Assembly (NCBI RefSeq): GCF_016903815.1
Contig: NZ_CP069973.1
DNA length: 64,000 bases
Origin: Escherichia coli
GTDB taxonomy: Bacteria; Pseudomonadota; Gammaproteobacteria; Enterobacterales; Enterobacteriaceae
Direction: 5' to 3' (one strand)
Below are positions 11,129 to 22,330 of the stretch, piece by piece. The notes below the pieces were generated by a model, which was not told where the DNA came from, searched no databases, and was given only the letters and a program-made list of their open reading frames with translations. Both the position numbers and the translations under genes were made by a program. Position 1 is the first letter of the stretch, and each line of letters begins with the position of its first letter.

Positions 11129-12394
11129 ATGCTCACGAAAAAGAAATGGGCGTTATTTAGTCTATTAACATTGTGTGGCGGTACAATTTATAAATTACCG
11201 TCGCTGAAAGATGCGTTTTATATCCCGATGCAGGAATATTTCCATTTGACCAATGGTCAAATTGGTAATGCTATGTCGGTAAACTCATTTGTCACGACAG
11301 TGGGCTTTTTTCTGTCTATTTATTTTGCCGATAAACTACCGCGCAGATACACCATGTCATTCTCACTCATTGCGACAGGATTACTGGGTGTTTATTTGAC
11401 GACAATGCCGGGGTATTGGGGCATCCTCTTTGTCTGGGCGCTATTTGGCGTTACTTGCGACATGATGAACTGGCCGGTCTTGCTCAAGTCGGTAAGTCGA
11501 TTGGGCAATAGCGAACAACAAGGTCGGTTGTTTGGCTTCTTCGAAACAGGGCGTGGCATTGTCGATACCGTGGTGGCATTTTCTGCGTTGGCAGTATTTA
11601 CCTGGTTTGGCAGTGGCTTATTGGGTTTTAAAGCAGGCATCTGGTTCTATTCCCTTATTGTGATTGCCGTAGGCATTATCATTTTCTTTGTTCTGAATGA
11701 CAAAGAAGAGGCACCGTCCGTTGAGGTGAAAAAAGAAGACGGAGCATCGAAAAACACCAGTATGACCTCGGTGCTGAAAGACAAAACTATCTGGCTTATC
11801 GCTTTCAACGTCTTCTTCGTTTACGCGGTTTACTGTGGCCTGACATTCTTCATTCCATTCCTGAAAAACATCTATCTATTGCCCGTTGCGCTGGTGGGGG
11901 CTTACGGCATCATTAACCAATACTGTCTGAAAATGATTGGTGGACCGATTGGTGGCATGATTTCAGATAAGATCCTGAAATCGCCGAGTAAATATCTATG
12001 CTACACCTTTATCATCAGTACCGCTGCGCTCGTACTGTTGATTATGCTGCCGCACGAAAGTATGCCGGTATATTTAGGGATGGCATGTACGCTGGGCTTT
12101 GGCGCGATAGTCTTTACACAGCGAGCCGTATTTTTTGCACCTATCGGCGAAGCAAAAATTGCTGAAAATAAAACAGGCGCGGCGATGGCGTTGGGTAGCT
12201 TTATTGGTTACGCCCCGGCGATGTTCTGCTTCAGTCTGTATGGCTACATTCTGGATTTAAATCCGGGGATTATTGGCTACAAAATTGTGTTTGGCATTAT
12301 GGCCTGCTTCGCATTCTGTGGTGCGGTGGTTTCCGTAATGCTGGTTAAGCGTATTAGCCAACGTAAGAAAGAGATGCTGGCGGCTGAAGCTTGA
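11129..12394 (+). CDS. yihN: MFS transporter
   Basis: 421 aa, 12 predicted hydrophobic segments. Confidence 0.85.
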   Translation: MLTKKKWALFSLLTLCGGTIYKLPSLKDAFYIPMQEYFHLTNGQIGNAMSVNSFVTTVGFFLSIYFADKLPRRYTMSFSLIATGLLGVYLTTMPGYWGILFVWALFGVTCDMMNWPVLLKSVSRLGNSEQQGRLFGFFETGRGIVDTVVAFSALAVFTWFGSGLLGFKAGIWFYSLIVIAVGIIIFFVLNDKEEAPSVEVKKEDGASKNTSMTSVLKDKTIWLIAFNVFFVYAVYCGLTFFIPFLKNIYLLPVALVGAYGIINQYCLKMIGGPIGGMISDKILKSPSKYLCYTFIISTAALVLLIMLPHESMPVYLGMACTLGFGAIVFTQRAVFFAPIGEAKIAENKTGAAMALGSFIGYAPAMFCFSLYGYILDLNPGIIGYKIVFGIMACFAFCGAVVSVMLVKRISQRKKEMLAAEA

Positions 12395-12400
12395 TTAATG

Positions 12401-12478
12401 GCCGGATGTGGCTTAATCCGGCCAACGGAAACCGTATCAACCGTAGGCCGGATAAGGCGTTTTCGCCGCATCCGGCAG
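12401..12478. repeat. REP/BIME palindromic units
   Basis: gccggatgtggcttaatccggc ... gtaggccggataaggcgttttcgccgcatccggcag. Confidence 0.8.
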
Positions 12479-12485
12479 TTTTACA

Positions 12486-13178
12486 TCAGAAGAAATACTT
12501 CGTCCCGATACGAATCTGGTTTTGCTCGCGGTGGTACGGTTCGACATTACGATCTAACCAGCGTAATTCGAAATAAGGGAGCCAGTGTTCATTAATGCGA
12601 TAACGGAAGGTGTTAGTGATTTCCCAGTGATGATCTTTTCCATTGCTGCTATTAAAGTCATTTACTCGCATGAAGTAATGTGGTTCAAATGTATAGGAGA
12701 ATTTCTCGGTGATTTTAAAATTCCAGTAGGTGCCAACTTCATAGGTGTCGTTATTATCCAATTCGCCGTTCAAATCTGTAGAGCTGTAATTATTATGGTT
12801 ATAGCGATTACGCACCGTCAGGTTAAACCACGGAGTAAATTTGTAGTTAACATCCAGATAAACGGCACCACCCGAACCGATACTCTTGTCATTAATTAAG
12901 CCACCGGGCTGGATGGTTAATTTATCGGTTGGTTTAAATAAAGGATACCAACCTTCAATTTCATTATAGCCATGTTTGAGTTCATCTTCTCGCTGAAAGG
13001 TGTAGGTATTGGTTAACATAATACCCGCGCCCATATCGAAGTTATAACCCACGCGTAGCATAACTTCGCCCTGATCGGAGGCGAGATTATATGCCTCCCT
13101 GTTTTCGACGTATGCGCCAGCAAATACCGAGGCAGAGGTCAGAGAGGATAATAGAATTATTGCATTAATCTTTTTCAT
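12486..13178 (-). CDS. ompL: Outer membrane porin L
   Basis: 230 aa from ATG 13178 (MKKINAIILLSSLTSASVFA signal peptide), C-terminal ...RIGTKYFF. Confidence 0.85.
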   Translation of the reverse strand: MKKINAIILLSSLTSASVFAGAYVENREAYNLASDQGEVMLRVGYNFDMGAGIMLTNTYTFQREDELKHGYNEIEGWYPLFKPTDKLTIQPGGLINDKSIGSGGAVYLDVNYKFTPWFNLTVRNRYNHNNYSSTDLNGELDNNDTYEVGTYWNFKITEKFSYTFEPHYFMRVNDFNSSNGKDHHWEITNTFRYRINEHWLPYFELRWLDRNVEPYHREQNQIRIGTKYFF

Positions 13179-13244
13179 AATAAGTCCATTTTTAAACGTA
13201 GGGAGGCCGCCACCCACCAGGATGGAAATAGCGGCTATTGACAT

Positions 13245-14648
13245 TTATAACGTTACGGAAGCCGTTTTTTCTTCTGTCGCCATCTCTTTATTTTTGCGTT
13301 GGTTGATTTCCTCAATAATCAATGCAAACCGTTTTTCATTGAGTGTGTAAAAGAATCCCATCGTCAATGCAGCAATAATTGCCAGTGCACAAGGCCAGAT
13401 AAAAATGAGCTGACGCAAACCCTGTAATGTCGCATCACTTTGCGCGATGTTGGGAACATAACCGATTTGCGTCAGCATAATGCCTGGCAAGAAGCCAGCA
13501 AGTGCGGCAGAAATTTTACGAAAGAAGGTATAACCGGTATAAACAGAACCTTCGGCACGAATACCGGTTTTCCATTCACCGTAATCTACGGTATCTGGCA
13601 CCAGTGCCCAGTTCAGGCTGTTTACAAAGGCCGTGCCAAAAAAGGCGACACAAGAGAACATGACGAAAGTGAAAGAGTTACTTCCCCAGAAATAATTCAG
13701 GATATCACCAACCGCCCATAGCACCATGCCAGCTAAATAAACCTGTTTTTTACCAAAACATTTTACAGTTAATGGCACCAGTAATACGCCGACGAGGATA
13801 CATCCCATACTGAAAAATCCCATCCACGACAATAAATTAATATCATTCAGCACATACTGGGTGTAATAGACCTGAATCGCCAGTTTGATATTAAATGCCG
13901 CCAGGGTACACAGGTTAGCAATGCACAAAACCAGCAATGGCGGATTACGAAATATCGCGCAAAAAGATTTGAGAATACTGGCTTTATGTCCGGTTGGCGT
14001 CGTGTCCACATAATGCTCTTTGACGCCTCTGTAGCACAGCATCATAAAAATAAAGCCACCAATGGAGAACATCAGTGCCGCGCAGGCATAACCGACGGTG
14101 GAGTCAGAAAAAAGCGACTGCAACGGAATAAACGCCACGGTACAAATCAATAGCCCTATGGTTGCACCACCCTGGCGGTAAGCCGCGAGCTGCGCGCGCT
14201 CATTCGGGTTTTTGGTAATTGCCGGGATCATCGCACCATACGAGCAGTTCATCAGACTGTATGAAAGTCCAAACATCATAAACAGTGCGGTGGCAATCGT
14301 CGTTTTAACCGGCAAACTAAAGGTGGTGGCGATAAACTGGAGCGTTGCAATTAACGCCGCCGGAACCGCTGCATATAAAATAAAGGGACGAAATTTGCCT
14401 TTAGGCCCAATATTTTTCCGCGAGTCGAGTAAAAATCCGGTGAGCATATCGGTAAACGCGGTAAAAAACTTCGCCACCAGAAAGATAATCCCGCCATAGT
14501 AAGCAGGCATCCCTAATTCATCGGTATAAAATTTGAGGAGATACAGAGTACCGATGCAGAGCATTAAATTCGAACCGACGTCGCCCATACCATAGGCGAT
14601 TTTTTCCCGCAGATTCAGTCTTAATGTCAGTGGATTATGGTCAGACAT
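13245..14648 (-). CDS. yihO: Sulfoquinovose importer (GPH-family sugar:cation symporter)
   Basis: 467 aa from ATG 14648 with AAGGAG SD; paralogous to adjacent yihP. Confidence 0.9.
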   Translation of the reverse strand: MSDHNPLTLRLNLREKIAYGMGDVGSNLMLCIGTLYLLKFYTDELGMPAYYGGIIFLVAKFFTAFTDMLTGFLLDSRKNIGPKGKFRPFILYAAVPAALIATLQFIATTFSLPVKTTIATALFMMFGLSYSLMNCSYGAMIPAITKNPNERAQLAAYRQGGATIGLLICTVAFIPLQSLFSDSTVGYACAALMFSIGGFIFMMLCYRGVKEHYVDTTPTGHKASILKSFCAIFRNPPLLVLCIANLCTLAAFNIKLAIQVYYTQYVLNDINLLSWMGFFSMGCILVGVLLVPLTVKCFGKKQVYLAGMVLWAVGDILNYFWGSNSFTFVMFSCVAFFGTAFVNSLNWALVPDTVDYGEWKTGIRAEGSVYTGYTFFRKISAALAGFLPGIMLTQIGYVPNIAQSDATLQGLRQLIFIWPCALAIIAALTMGFFYTLNEKRFALIIEEINQRKNKEMATEEKTASVTL

Positions 14649-14690
14649 AATCACTCCTTATAACGCCCCGCAGGGCGTTGTTTATTATAA

Positions 14691-16076
14691 TTACGCCGTG
14701 CGTTTACGGGCTTCTATCTCTTCAACAATGCGGACGTACATCTTCTCGTTCAGACTGTAGAAGCAACCCATCGCCACAATGGTGACTACTGCCAGTGCGC
14801 TTGGGTAGATGAAGATCAGCTGGCGCAACCCTTCAATGGTGTGGTCAGCCTGTGCGACGTTTGGCACATAGCCGATTTGCGTCAGCATCCAGCCTGGGAA
14901 GAAACCTGCCAGCGCCTGAGATACTTTGCGAAAGAAGGTGAAGCCGGTGTAGACCGTACCTTCCGAACGCACACCGGTGCGCCACTCGCCGTACTCGACG
15001 GTGTCGGAAACCAGCGCCCAGTTCAGGCTGTTAACAAACGCCGAGCCGAAGAATGCCAGGCAGGAGAACGCCACAAAGCTGACCGAGCCGCCGCCGAAGA
15101 AATAGTTGAGCAGATCGCCCAGCACCCAAATCAGCAGGCCGCCGATATAGACCTTCTTCTTACCAAAACGTCTGACTGCGCCAGGCATCAGGAACACGCC
15201 GATGAAAATACAGCCCATGCTGAAAAATCCCATATACGACAACAGGATGGGATCGTTAAGTACGTACTGGGTGTAATAGACCTGGATGGCGAGCTTGACG
15301 TTAAACGCCCCTAAAGTGCAGAGGTTGGCAATGCACAGAATGAACAGCGGGCGGTTACCGGCAATTGCGCGGAAAGATTGCAACAGGCCTGGCTTTTGCG
15401 CCGGATTGGTAGGTTGGGTTTCGACATAACGCTCTTTCACGCCCGAGTAGCAGATCCACATAAACAGCAGGCCGAACAGTGAAAACAGCGTGGCAGCGAA
15501 GATATAGCCAATTTGCTGATTACCTTCGATAAGATTCATAACCGGCACGAATCCCACCGTACACAGCAGTAAGCCCAATGTAGCGCCACCCTGACGCCAT
15601 GCTGCCAGCGATGCGCGTTCGTTGGGGTTTTTGGTAATAGCGGGGACCATTGCGCCGTAGGAGCAGTTCATCATGCTGAAAAACAGCCCGTAGAGCATAA
15701 ACAGAATAGTGGCCATCACCGTTTTACCGGTGACATCAAACGGTGTGCCGACAAAGTTGGCGATCGCCAGCAGAGTGACCGGGAATGATGCATACAGAAT
15801 AAAAGGGCGGAATTTGCCTTTTGGACCGATCTTGCGCCGGGAATCGAGCATGATGCCGGTACCCATATCGGTAAAGGCGGTAAAGAATTTCGAGATCAAA
15901 AAGATAATGCCGCCATAGGTGCCGGGCAGCCCCAGAACGTCGGTATAAAACTTCAAAAGATAAAGCGTGCCGATATCCAGCAGGATGTTAGAGGCCAGAT
16001 CGCCGATACCGTAAGAGAGTTTCTCTTTAAAGGGCAGACGTAAAGTAGCCGGATCTTCCGTTGTGATGTGACTCAT
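14691..16076 (-). CDS. yihP: GPH-family transporter (putative DHPS exporter / SQ-related permease)
   Basis: 461 aa from ATG 16076 with AGGGAGA SD; strong similarity to yihO product. Confidence 0.9.
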   Translation of the reverse strand: MSHITTEDPATLRLPFKEKLSYGIGDLASNILLDIGTLYLLKFYTDVLGLPGTYGGIIFLISKFFTAFTDMGTGIMLDSRRKIGPKGKFRPFILYASFPVTLLAIANFVGTPFDVTGKTVMATILFMLYGLFFSMMNCSYGAMVPAITKNPNERASLAAWRQGGATLGLLLCTVGFVPVMNLIEGNQQIGYIFAATLFSLFGLLFMWICYSGVKERYVETQPTNPAQKPGLLQSFRAIAGNRPLFILCIANLCTLGAFNVKLAIQVYYTQYVLNDPILLSYMGFFSMGCIFIGVFLMPGAVRRFGKKKVYIGGLLIWVLGDLLNYFFGGGSVSFVAFSCLAFFGSAFVNSLNWALVSDTVEYGEWRTGVRSEGTVYTGFTFFRKVSQALAGFFPGWMLTQIGYVPNVAQADHTIEGLRQLIFIYPSALAVVTIVAMGCFYSLNEKMYVRIVEEIEARKRTA

Positions 16077-16121
16077 CGTTGTTCTCCCTTTGCCCGTGAG
16101 TTTCCCCACGGGCGGACGTGA

Positions 16122-18158
16122 TTAGATGCTTTTTAACGACGCGAACAGTGCCGCCCATTCGCTATCGGCGCGATAAAAGACCGGCGGCTTGCCGATGGGC
16201 GCATTAACGGTCACTTCCCCGCCCCGGAATGCTTCACCCGTCCAGGCATGGACCCAGTTATCCTCCGGCAGATAGAGCGTCCAGTCGCTACGGCCTTCTT
16301 CATGCACCGGAGCGACCAGAATGTCGCGGCCTAACAGGTACTGATATTTCAGGGTGTAGGTCTGCGCGTCGTCTTCGTAATGCAGGAACAGCGGGCGCAT
16401 GACCGGCAGACCGGACTTCGCATTCAGCGCGACGGCCTCTTTCAGATAAGGTTTCAGGGTGGTGAAGACGGTGGTCATACGGGCGAAATGGGCGATGGTT
16501 TCCGCGTCGCCGTCAAACTGCCAGTTGTCGCCAGGACGGTTACCTTCGTGGGTGCGCATCATCGGCGTGAAGGCGCTGAAATCGCACCAGCGCAGCAGCA
16601 GCTCTTTGCTGCGCTTCATCTCAAACAGGGTGGTGTAACCGCCAATGTCGCTGTGATGCAGGCCATGTCCGGTCATTGCCAGCGACAGCGCCGCCGGGAC
16701 AACCGACGCCAGGCCATCGTCGAGACTCCAGTCGACGTTCTGGTCGCCCGCCCACATCATGGTGGAGTATTTCTGGCTACCGGTAGAACCGGCGCGCATA
16801 AAGAAGAGGATCTCGCCGAGCTTGCCCGTTTCTTCAAGGGCTTCGTAGTTACATTTCGCCCACAGCGCAGGCCAGGCGTTATGCATAATTTCCGCGCTGA
16901 CGCCGTTATGCAGGTACGTGTCGGTGGGCAGATACTCGCCGAAGTCAGCCATCCAGCCGCCGCAGCCAAGTTCAATCATGTTCTTTTTGATCACTTCCTT
17001 GAACCAGGCGTAGGCTTCTGGATTGGTGAGGTCGACAACGCCGCCATAGAACTCGCCAAACTCCACCAGATAGTCGCCGCCAGAGGCATCTTTTGCCAGA
17101 TAACCGCGCTTTGCCGCCTCTTCGCAGAGATCTTTATCGCTGGCTACATACGGGTTGATATAGGCCAGGAACTGCACGCCCTCTTTGTTCCACTGCTTAA
17201 TACGTGAGTCCAGTTGCGGATAGTTTTCGCTGTTCCACTTCCAGTTCCACATTACGCGTTTGCCAAAAGAGGTCATACGGATCCCGGACCAGTCCTGCGC
17301 CCAGATGCCGTTAACCTTCACACCCGCGTTACGCATGGTGTCCAGTTTCTTCTGACACACTTCCGTCCCGCCCTGAATGCCGAGCGTTACCCCGTCATAA
17401 ATCCAGTCGGGCAGTTCTGGCTGGCGTCCCAGCAGGGCAGTTAATTTTTCCAGCAGGGAGATGTATGTATCAGCACATTCAAAACGCAGCGTTGCTTTGT
17501 CTTCCCACAGCGCCAGTTCATGGTATTCCGGGGCGCTAAAGTCGAAGTTCATGTAGCAACTGTTATCAACATGGCAGTAATACTTCTGCGTGCTGACAAA
17601 CGTAGGCTGTGGGAAGAAAGTCCAGTAATAGTCGCCGCCCGCGTTCTCTTTGCAGTCGGCCTGCCAGGTGACATAGGTTTGCTTGTTGCGACCAACGCCT
17701 TGTTCACTGGTCCATAGCGGGAACGGTTTGCCGCGCAGATCGAAGTAGGAAAACTGTTCGCCGCAGCCGTAGATATGGTCCTCTGGTTGAGCGGCAAGGC
17801 GCAGCCAGATGCGGTTGTGGTTAAGGTTGTCGTTTTGTAGTTCCAGCAATAAACGGCCCTGATCGTCGGCAGAGATATTCAGCGTGGCGCTAATGTCAGA
17901 ACCACGGCTGAAATGGATTAACCAACCATCCGGTGACTGGCTGACGATGGCGTCGGTAAGCGCAATTTTCTCCTGTAGTTTATCTTTAATGCTGAAATTG
18001 CCGCGGAACATATCGATATCCGCAATACCTGAACCAATCCATAAACAAGGATTATCTTTGCTATGGGTTAAAATAAGACGCTGTTGAAAATGTAGGGTAA
18101 AACAGTCGTTATTCTGATGAAACTGAAAATCTGGTAATTGTGGGCGTGGCGTATCCAT
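16122..18158 (-). CDS. yihQ: Sulfoquinovosidase (GH31 alpha-glycosidase family)
   Basis: 678 aa; GH31-like motifs (WMADFGE..., GWTGDQ-like region). Confidence 0.92.
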   Translation of the reverse strand: MDTPRPQLPDFQFHQNNDCFTLHFQQRLILTHSKDNPCLWIGSGIADIDMFRGNFSIKDKLQEKIALTDAIVSQSPDGWLIHFSRGSDISATLNISADDQGRLLLELQNDNLNHNRIWLRLAAQPEDHIYGCGEQFSYFDLRGKPFPLWTSEQGVGRNKQTYVTWQADCKENAGGDYYWTFFPQPTFVSTQKYYCHVDNSCYMNFDFSAPEYHELALWEDKATLRFECADTYISLLEKLTALLGRQPELPDWIYDGVTLGIQGGTEVCQKKLDTMRNAGVKVNGIWAQDWSGIRMTSFGKRVMWNWKWNSENYPQLDSRIKQWNKEGVQFLAYINPYVASDKDLCEEAAKRGYLAKDASGGDYLVEFGEFYGGVVDLTNPEAYAWFKEVIKKNMIELGCGGWMADFGEYLPTDTYLHNGVSAEIMHNAWPALWAKCNYEALEETGKLGEILFFMRAGSTGSQKYSTMMWAGDQNVDWSLDDGLASVVPAALSLAMTGHGLHHSDIGGYTTLFEMKRSKELLLRWCDFSAFTPMMRTHEGNRPGDNWQFDGDAETIAHFARMTTVFTTLKPYLKEAVALNAKSGLPVMRPLFLHYEDDAQTYTLKYQYLLGRDILVAPVHEEGRSDWTLYLPEDNWVHAWTGEAFRGGEVTVNAPIGKPPVFYRADSEWAALFASLKSI

Positions 18159-18265
18159 AAATAATCTCCATAGAGTATAAAGCTAATATTTCATGCCATC
18201 CTGTTGTTACAGGTTTCATTAATTAAAGAATGTGTGCGGGTATAAATTAAAACCCGCATAAGTGA

Positions 18266-19141
18266 TTATTTACTTTCTTCAGCCCGGCGGATTGCCGCCA
18301 CTTTTTTACCAAATGCCAGTTGCAGTATAACTAACAAGGTAAAAGGAGGCAGAAGCGCGGCAGCAGCGGGAATTCCCAGCGCGCCTTTTATCAACATAGA
18401 ACCGGAGGCAATCAGCAACAAAAAGACCATCACACGGAACACTTTGACTGAAATGCGTTTATGCACATATTGTCCAACCAGTGAACCGAGGATCATGGTG
18501 GGAATACAAAACAGCACCAGTTTAAAGATAGAAACAGTCAAAATTCCGCTGGTCGCCAGCCCGCCGATCACCGCGATGTTGTTTGCGGTGAAGAAAGCGT
18601 TCAGAGTGCCACGAAATGCCGCCGGGCCTAAGTTACGCAGCATACCGTAGATAACCATCGGCGGTCCGTTGGTTGAGAACGCCGCGCCTAATGCGCCAGC
18701 TACTGCGCCGATAGGTGCGGCGATCCAGTTACGGTCATAAATCGGCAGGCGAGGAATAAACATGCTGTAAAACGAGTAAAGGATAAGGAATCCGCCTAAG
18801 CCCACTTTCATAAAATGGTCGGGTAAATACGACAGCGCATATAAACCGACGGGTATTCCCAGAAACGAGAAAATAATCAGTACCATTGCCGATCGCCAAT
18901 CCGTTTCTTTACGTGACAGCCAGGTGGCGTACAAGGCGGTCGCGGTGCCGACAATCACCGAGAGCGGAGTTGCCATTTTTACGGGGAGCATTAACGTGAC
19001 GAGCGGCATAGTGGTTAAACCACCGCCAAATCCCGCGCATATCCCCACAAAGGTATAAAGAAACATTAACGCGATAACGATACATACCACGCTTGTTTCC
19101 ACCATGGCCCCATCCGGCGAAAATAACGTAAAAAAGTCCAT
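18266..19141 (-). CDS. TauE/SafE-family (DUF81) membrane permease, putative sulfite/organosulfonate exporter
   Basis: 291 aa, ~8 hydrophobic helices, Gly-rich repeats typical of TauE/SafE (FVGICAGFGGGL..., two-fold internal repeat); AGGA SD 6 nt before ATG; embedded between yihQ and yihR. Confidence 0.7.
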   Translation of the reverse strand: MDFFTLFSPDGAMVETSVVCIVIALMFLYTFVGICAGFGGGLTTMPLVTLMLPVKMATPLSVIVGTATALYATWLSRKETDWRSAMVLIIFSFLGIPVGLYALSYLPDHFMKVGLGGFLILYSFYSMFIPRLPIYDRNWIAAPIGAVAGALGAAFSTNGPPMVIYGMLRNLGPAAFRGTLNAFFTANNIAVIGGLATSGILTVSIFKLVLFCIPTMILGSLVGQYVHKRISVKVFRVMVFLLLIASGSMLIKGALGIPAAAALLPPFTLLVILQLAFGKKVAAIRRAEESK

Positions 19142-19201
19142 AATATTTCCTGTTGTGTAAATACAACCCTAAACAATGATCTCGTTCTTTTCTTAATAAA
19201 A

Positions 19202-20104
19202 TTAATTGTGCTGCCCGTGAATATTAAAAAACAGGCGGTGCGTTTTTCCTGGTTCCAGTAATAATAAGTCGATACCTGAATTAAAGGCGTTAGGCGGGCA
19301 ACTCATAGGTTCAACTGCCAGTCCCTGACGCTGTAATTTTTCACCGCTATAAACCTGCACCCAGGGTTGATCGGAACAGAGGCTCACCGAAAGCGCCTGT
19401 TGTGGATGGGTAATGGTTATTTCCCACAGATCATTAGCGGTTTTAAAGGTATGGTCTATTTTTGTCGCGGCTATTTTTGTCGCCCGCGTGAAATTTAAAT
19501 TCAGCTCATCAACGTGGTGAAGCGTTGTCGGATTTGCGTGCTCATCGACGGCATAAACCTGTTCTGCCGGAAGCTGGAAAAGATAGTCATCAACAGATGT
19601 TAAGTTGCAGGTTAAATAAGGATGAATACCCACACCATAAGGTGCGGTCACAGTACCAATATTCTGGCTTGCGATCTCAACGGAAAGACCCGTGCGTGCA
19701 TTGAGCGAATAAACAACTTGTGAAGCCAGCATAAACGGATAGCCGTAACTGGGCGGCAGAAAAGCTGTCAGGGTAACGCTGGTGGCGGTTAATTCGCTAA
19801 TTTGCCAGTCACGCCAGGCAAGCAGCCCGTGAATAGCGGCTTTTGAACTATGTTCATTAATGGGTAACTGATAGTCCTGCCCCTGATAGCGATAACAGCC
19901 GTTGGCGATCCGGTTCGGCCACGGAATAAGCACTTTACCCAGATGCGCCAGCGGCATCTCTTCGGGTTTGTGCGGGATGACTAAATGACAACCCTGAAAG
20001 GTTAATTCAGCCAGACCAGCACCAACCGTCACGATAGTCGCGTGATAATCCCCCGCGGCAAGTGAAACGGTTTGTCCACTGCAATGCATGTTGGTGATTT
20101 GCAT
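19202..20104 (-). CDS. yihR: Aldose-1-epimerase family protein (sulfoquinovose mutarotase)
   Basis: ~300 aa from ATG 20104 (MQITNMHCSGQTV...), SD AAGGTG; alternative GTG start at 20113. Confidence 0.88.
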   Translation of the reverse strand: MQITNMHCSGQTVSLAAGDYHATIVTVGAGLAELTFQGCHLVIPHKPEEMPLAHLGKVLIPWPNRIANGCYRYQGQDYQLPINEHSSKAAIHGLLAWRDWQISELTATSVTLTAFLPPSYGYPFMLASQVVYSLNARTGLSVEIASQNIGTVTAPYGVGIHPYLTCNLTSVDDYLFQLPAEQVYAVDEHANPTTLHHVDELNLNFTRATKIAATKIDHTFKTANDLWEITITHPQQALSVSLCSDQPWVQVYSGEKLQRQGLAVEPMSCPPNAFNSGIDLLLLEPGKTHRLFFNIHGQHN

Positions 20105-20171
20105 ACGAGGCACCTTTATTGAATAACGACATACCCGGCATGTAGCCTGATATGCCGTTATTTCAGCTCAG

Positions 20172-21413
20172 TTATTTCGCGTTAACGTCCAGCAGGCCTG
20201 CGGCAACAGCCGGAGCCAGGCCTGGCGCTAACGGGATACGCGGGATCACCAGGCAATGCAGCAGGTGATAAATATCCTGTTTGCCGTCCCAGACTTTCGT
20301 GGTGACTTTATTGTCCGCATCCAGCTCCTGCCACCAGGAACCATTTTCATAGTCCATCAGGTACTTAATGCAGTAGTCCCACCATGTCTGATACCAGGTT
20401 TCATACTGGCGATCGCCGGTGGCGGTGTAGAGCGCGTAAGCCGTACCCATCGCTTCGACGATAGGCCAACGCACACGTTCGCGGACCACCGGTTTGCCTT
20501 CCCAGTCAACGGTATAAACAATCCCGTCCGCGCCATCGGGTGCCCAGGCATCGCGCACGGTGGCGTTAAATAGACCTTTGGCATCTTCTAGCAGCCAGGC
20601 AGGCGGCTGTTCACAACGGGCTTCCAGGGCCGCGTGGATGTGCAGCATTAAACGGCCCCATTCGATCCAGTGGCCCGGCGTGCCACCGAATGCGCGGAAG
20701 CGGTGCGCCGGGTTATCTTTGTTGTAATCCGGCAGCGGATTCCACTGGGTATCGAAGTGCTCGTTAACGCGATAATGATTATTTCTGGCGACGTCGTGGA
20801 TAATCACGGAAGCCACGCGAATCGCGCGATCCAGCCATTTTTTGTCATGGGTGACGTCATAGACAATCAGGAAGGCTTCCACCGCGTGCATGTTGGCATT
20901 GCCGCCGCGGTACTCTTCGGTTTTGCTGAAGGCTTCGTCCCAGGACTCCAGGCACATCTGCTCTTCTTCGCTCCAGAAGTATTTCTCAATAATTTCAATG
21001 GCGTAATCGAGAAGTTTACGGGCTTCCGGGTGACCGGTAGTGACGGCGCTGGCAGCACCCAGCAGAGCAAAGAAGTGTTGATAGCCCTGTTTGGAGGCAT
21101 CCACCACGCCCTCGTCATTCACGCAGGCATACCAACCGCCATATTTTTTATCGCGCAGTGCGCCGTTCATGGCTTTGATACCGTGATCAACCAACGAGTA
21201 AGCGCCAGGTCGACCCATCGCCGCAGCAACGGAATAAACGTGCAACATACGAGCGGTGATCCACAGATGGGTGCCCATCTCTTCTTTGATTTGCCCTTTA
21301 TTGCCTAACCAGCCAAATCCGGTCGGTACTACGGAATTTTTACCAAAATCAAAGATGCGGTCGGTTTCCTGTTCCAGCCAACGGTTGTGACTTAAGGTGT
21401 TAAACCATTTCAT
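20172..21413 (-). CDS. yihS: Sulfoquinovose isomerase (AGE/N-acyl-glucosamine 2-epimerase fold)
   Basis: 413 aa [23 protein letters not shown]... Confidence 0.92.
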   Translation of the reverse strand: MKWFNTLSHNRWLEQETDRIFDFGKNSVVPTGFGWLGNKGQIKEEMGTHLWITARMLHVYSVAAAMGRPGAYSLVDHGIKAMNGALRDKKYGGWYACVNDEGVVDASKQGYQHFFALLGAASAVTTGHPEARKLLDYAIEIIEKYFWSEEEQMCLESWDEAFSKTEEYRGGNANMHAVEAFLIVYDVTHDKKWLDRAIRVASVIIHDVARNNHYRVNEHFDTQWNPLPDYNKDNPAHRFRAFGGTPGHWIEWGRLMLHIHAALEARCEQPPAWLLEDAKGLFNATVRDAWAPDGADGIVYTVDWEGKPVVRERVRWPIVEAMGTAYALYTATGDRQYETWYQTWWDYCIKYLMDYENGSWWQELDADNKVTTKVWDGKQDIYHLLHCLVIPRIPLAPGLAPAVAAGLLDVNAK

Positions 21414-21428
21414 TTTTGTATCCCCATC

Positions 21429-22307
21429 TTAACGGCGTTTAGCCATCATTTCGTCGACGATATCGCCAAGTTGTTGTAATTTAGGTGCGCAAACGTCACG
21501 CAGCATCAGCTCGTTGTCTGGTAAACCGACAACCGATGCCCAGACGGCACGACCAGCCAGGAAGCCCGATGCACCCGCTGTCATTGCCACGCGTACGGCA
21601 CGCGGGAACAGTTTTTCGTCGACACCGGAAGAAAGTATCACCCACGGCATATTGATATGGTCATTCAGACGTTGTGAAGCACTGAGAAGCTCTTGTTGCG
21701 GACCTTTACCGTAAAGCGGCATTTCAACTTTGTAGAGGTCAGCGCCACTGTCGCCCAGCTCTTTAGCAGCATCGATGATCGCTTGTTCGCGATCGAATTT
21801 ATCGCCACGACGTGGTGGGCGGACGACTGGCTCAATAATGCTTACCAGGCCGTGTGAGTGGCACAGTTCGTTAAACTCTTTCACCATATCCAGACGTTGC
21901 TGCGCATCTTCATCACTACGCCACAGCACCAGCAGTTTTAAGGCTTTGCCACCGTCTTGTTTGATTTGTAGCGGATTGATTTTGCGGTCAATGACCACGC
22001 TATCTACCGGAATACCGTTGCCAGGAATGAACTCATCGGCGGCGACAATCATGGCGCAACTTTTGGCAATCGCGTTTTGCTCAACCACCTGGCGGTAACA
22101 GAATTGCTGATCCACCAGAATCGCCGAGGCATAAGGCGAGAGGGCCTTTGCAGCGTTAACTTTGAAATCAGTTAAAACGCTATCGGCTACTGGAGCGGGT
22201 GCCCCAGCCGCGGCAAACATCATGCGCATGGCTTCGCGTTGATCGACCGCCAGCATGGCAAAACCGCCCGATGCGCGTGTAATGTCGTTGATGGTGTACT
22301 TATTCAT
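21429..22307 (-). CDS. yihT: 6-deoxy-6-sulfofructose-1-phosphate aldolase
   Basis: 292 aa; class I aldolase-like; synteny. Confidence 0.92.
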   Translation of the reverse strand: MNKYTINDITRASGGFAMLAVDQREAMRMMFAAAGAPAPVADSVLTDFKVNAAKALSPYASAILVDQQFCYRQVVEQNAIAKSCAMIVAADEFIPGNGIPVDSVVIDRKINPLQIKQDGGKALKLLVLWRSDEDAQQRLDMVKEFNELCHSHGLVSIIEPVVRPPRRGDKFDREQAIIDAAKELGDSGADLYKVEMPLYGKGPQQELLSASQRLNDHINMPWVILSSGVDEKLFPRAVRVAMTAGASGFLAGRAVWASVVGLPDNELMLRDVCAPKLQQLGDIVDEMMAKRR

Positions 22308-22330
22308 TCATTTATTCCTTTATCCAGTCG

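Noticed and set aside
13245-16076. yihO/yihP similarity considered as recent duplication or mobile repeat
   Set aside because: They are diverged tandem paralogs of the GPH transporter family present in the known sulfoquinovose cluster, not a recent repeat.
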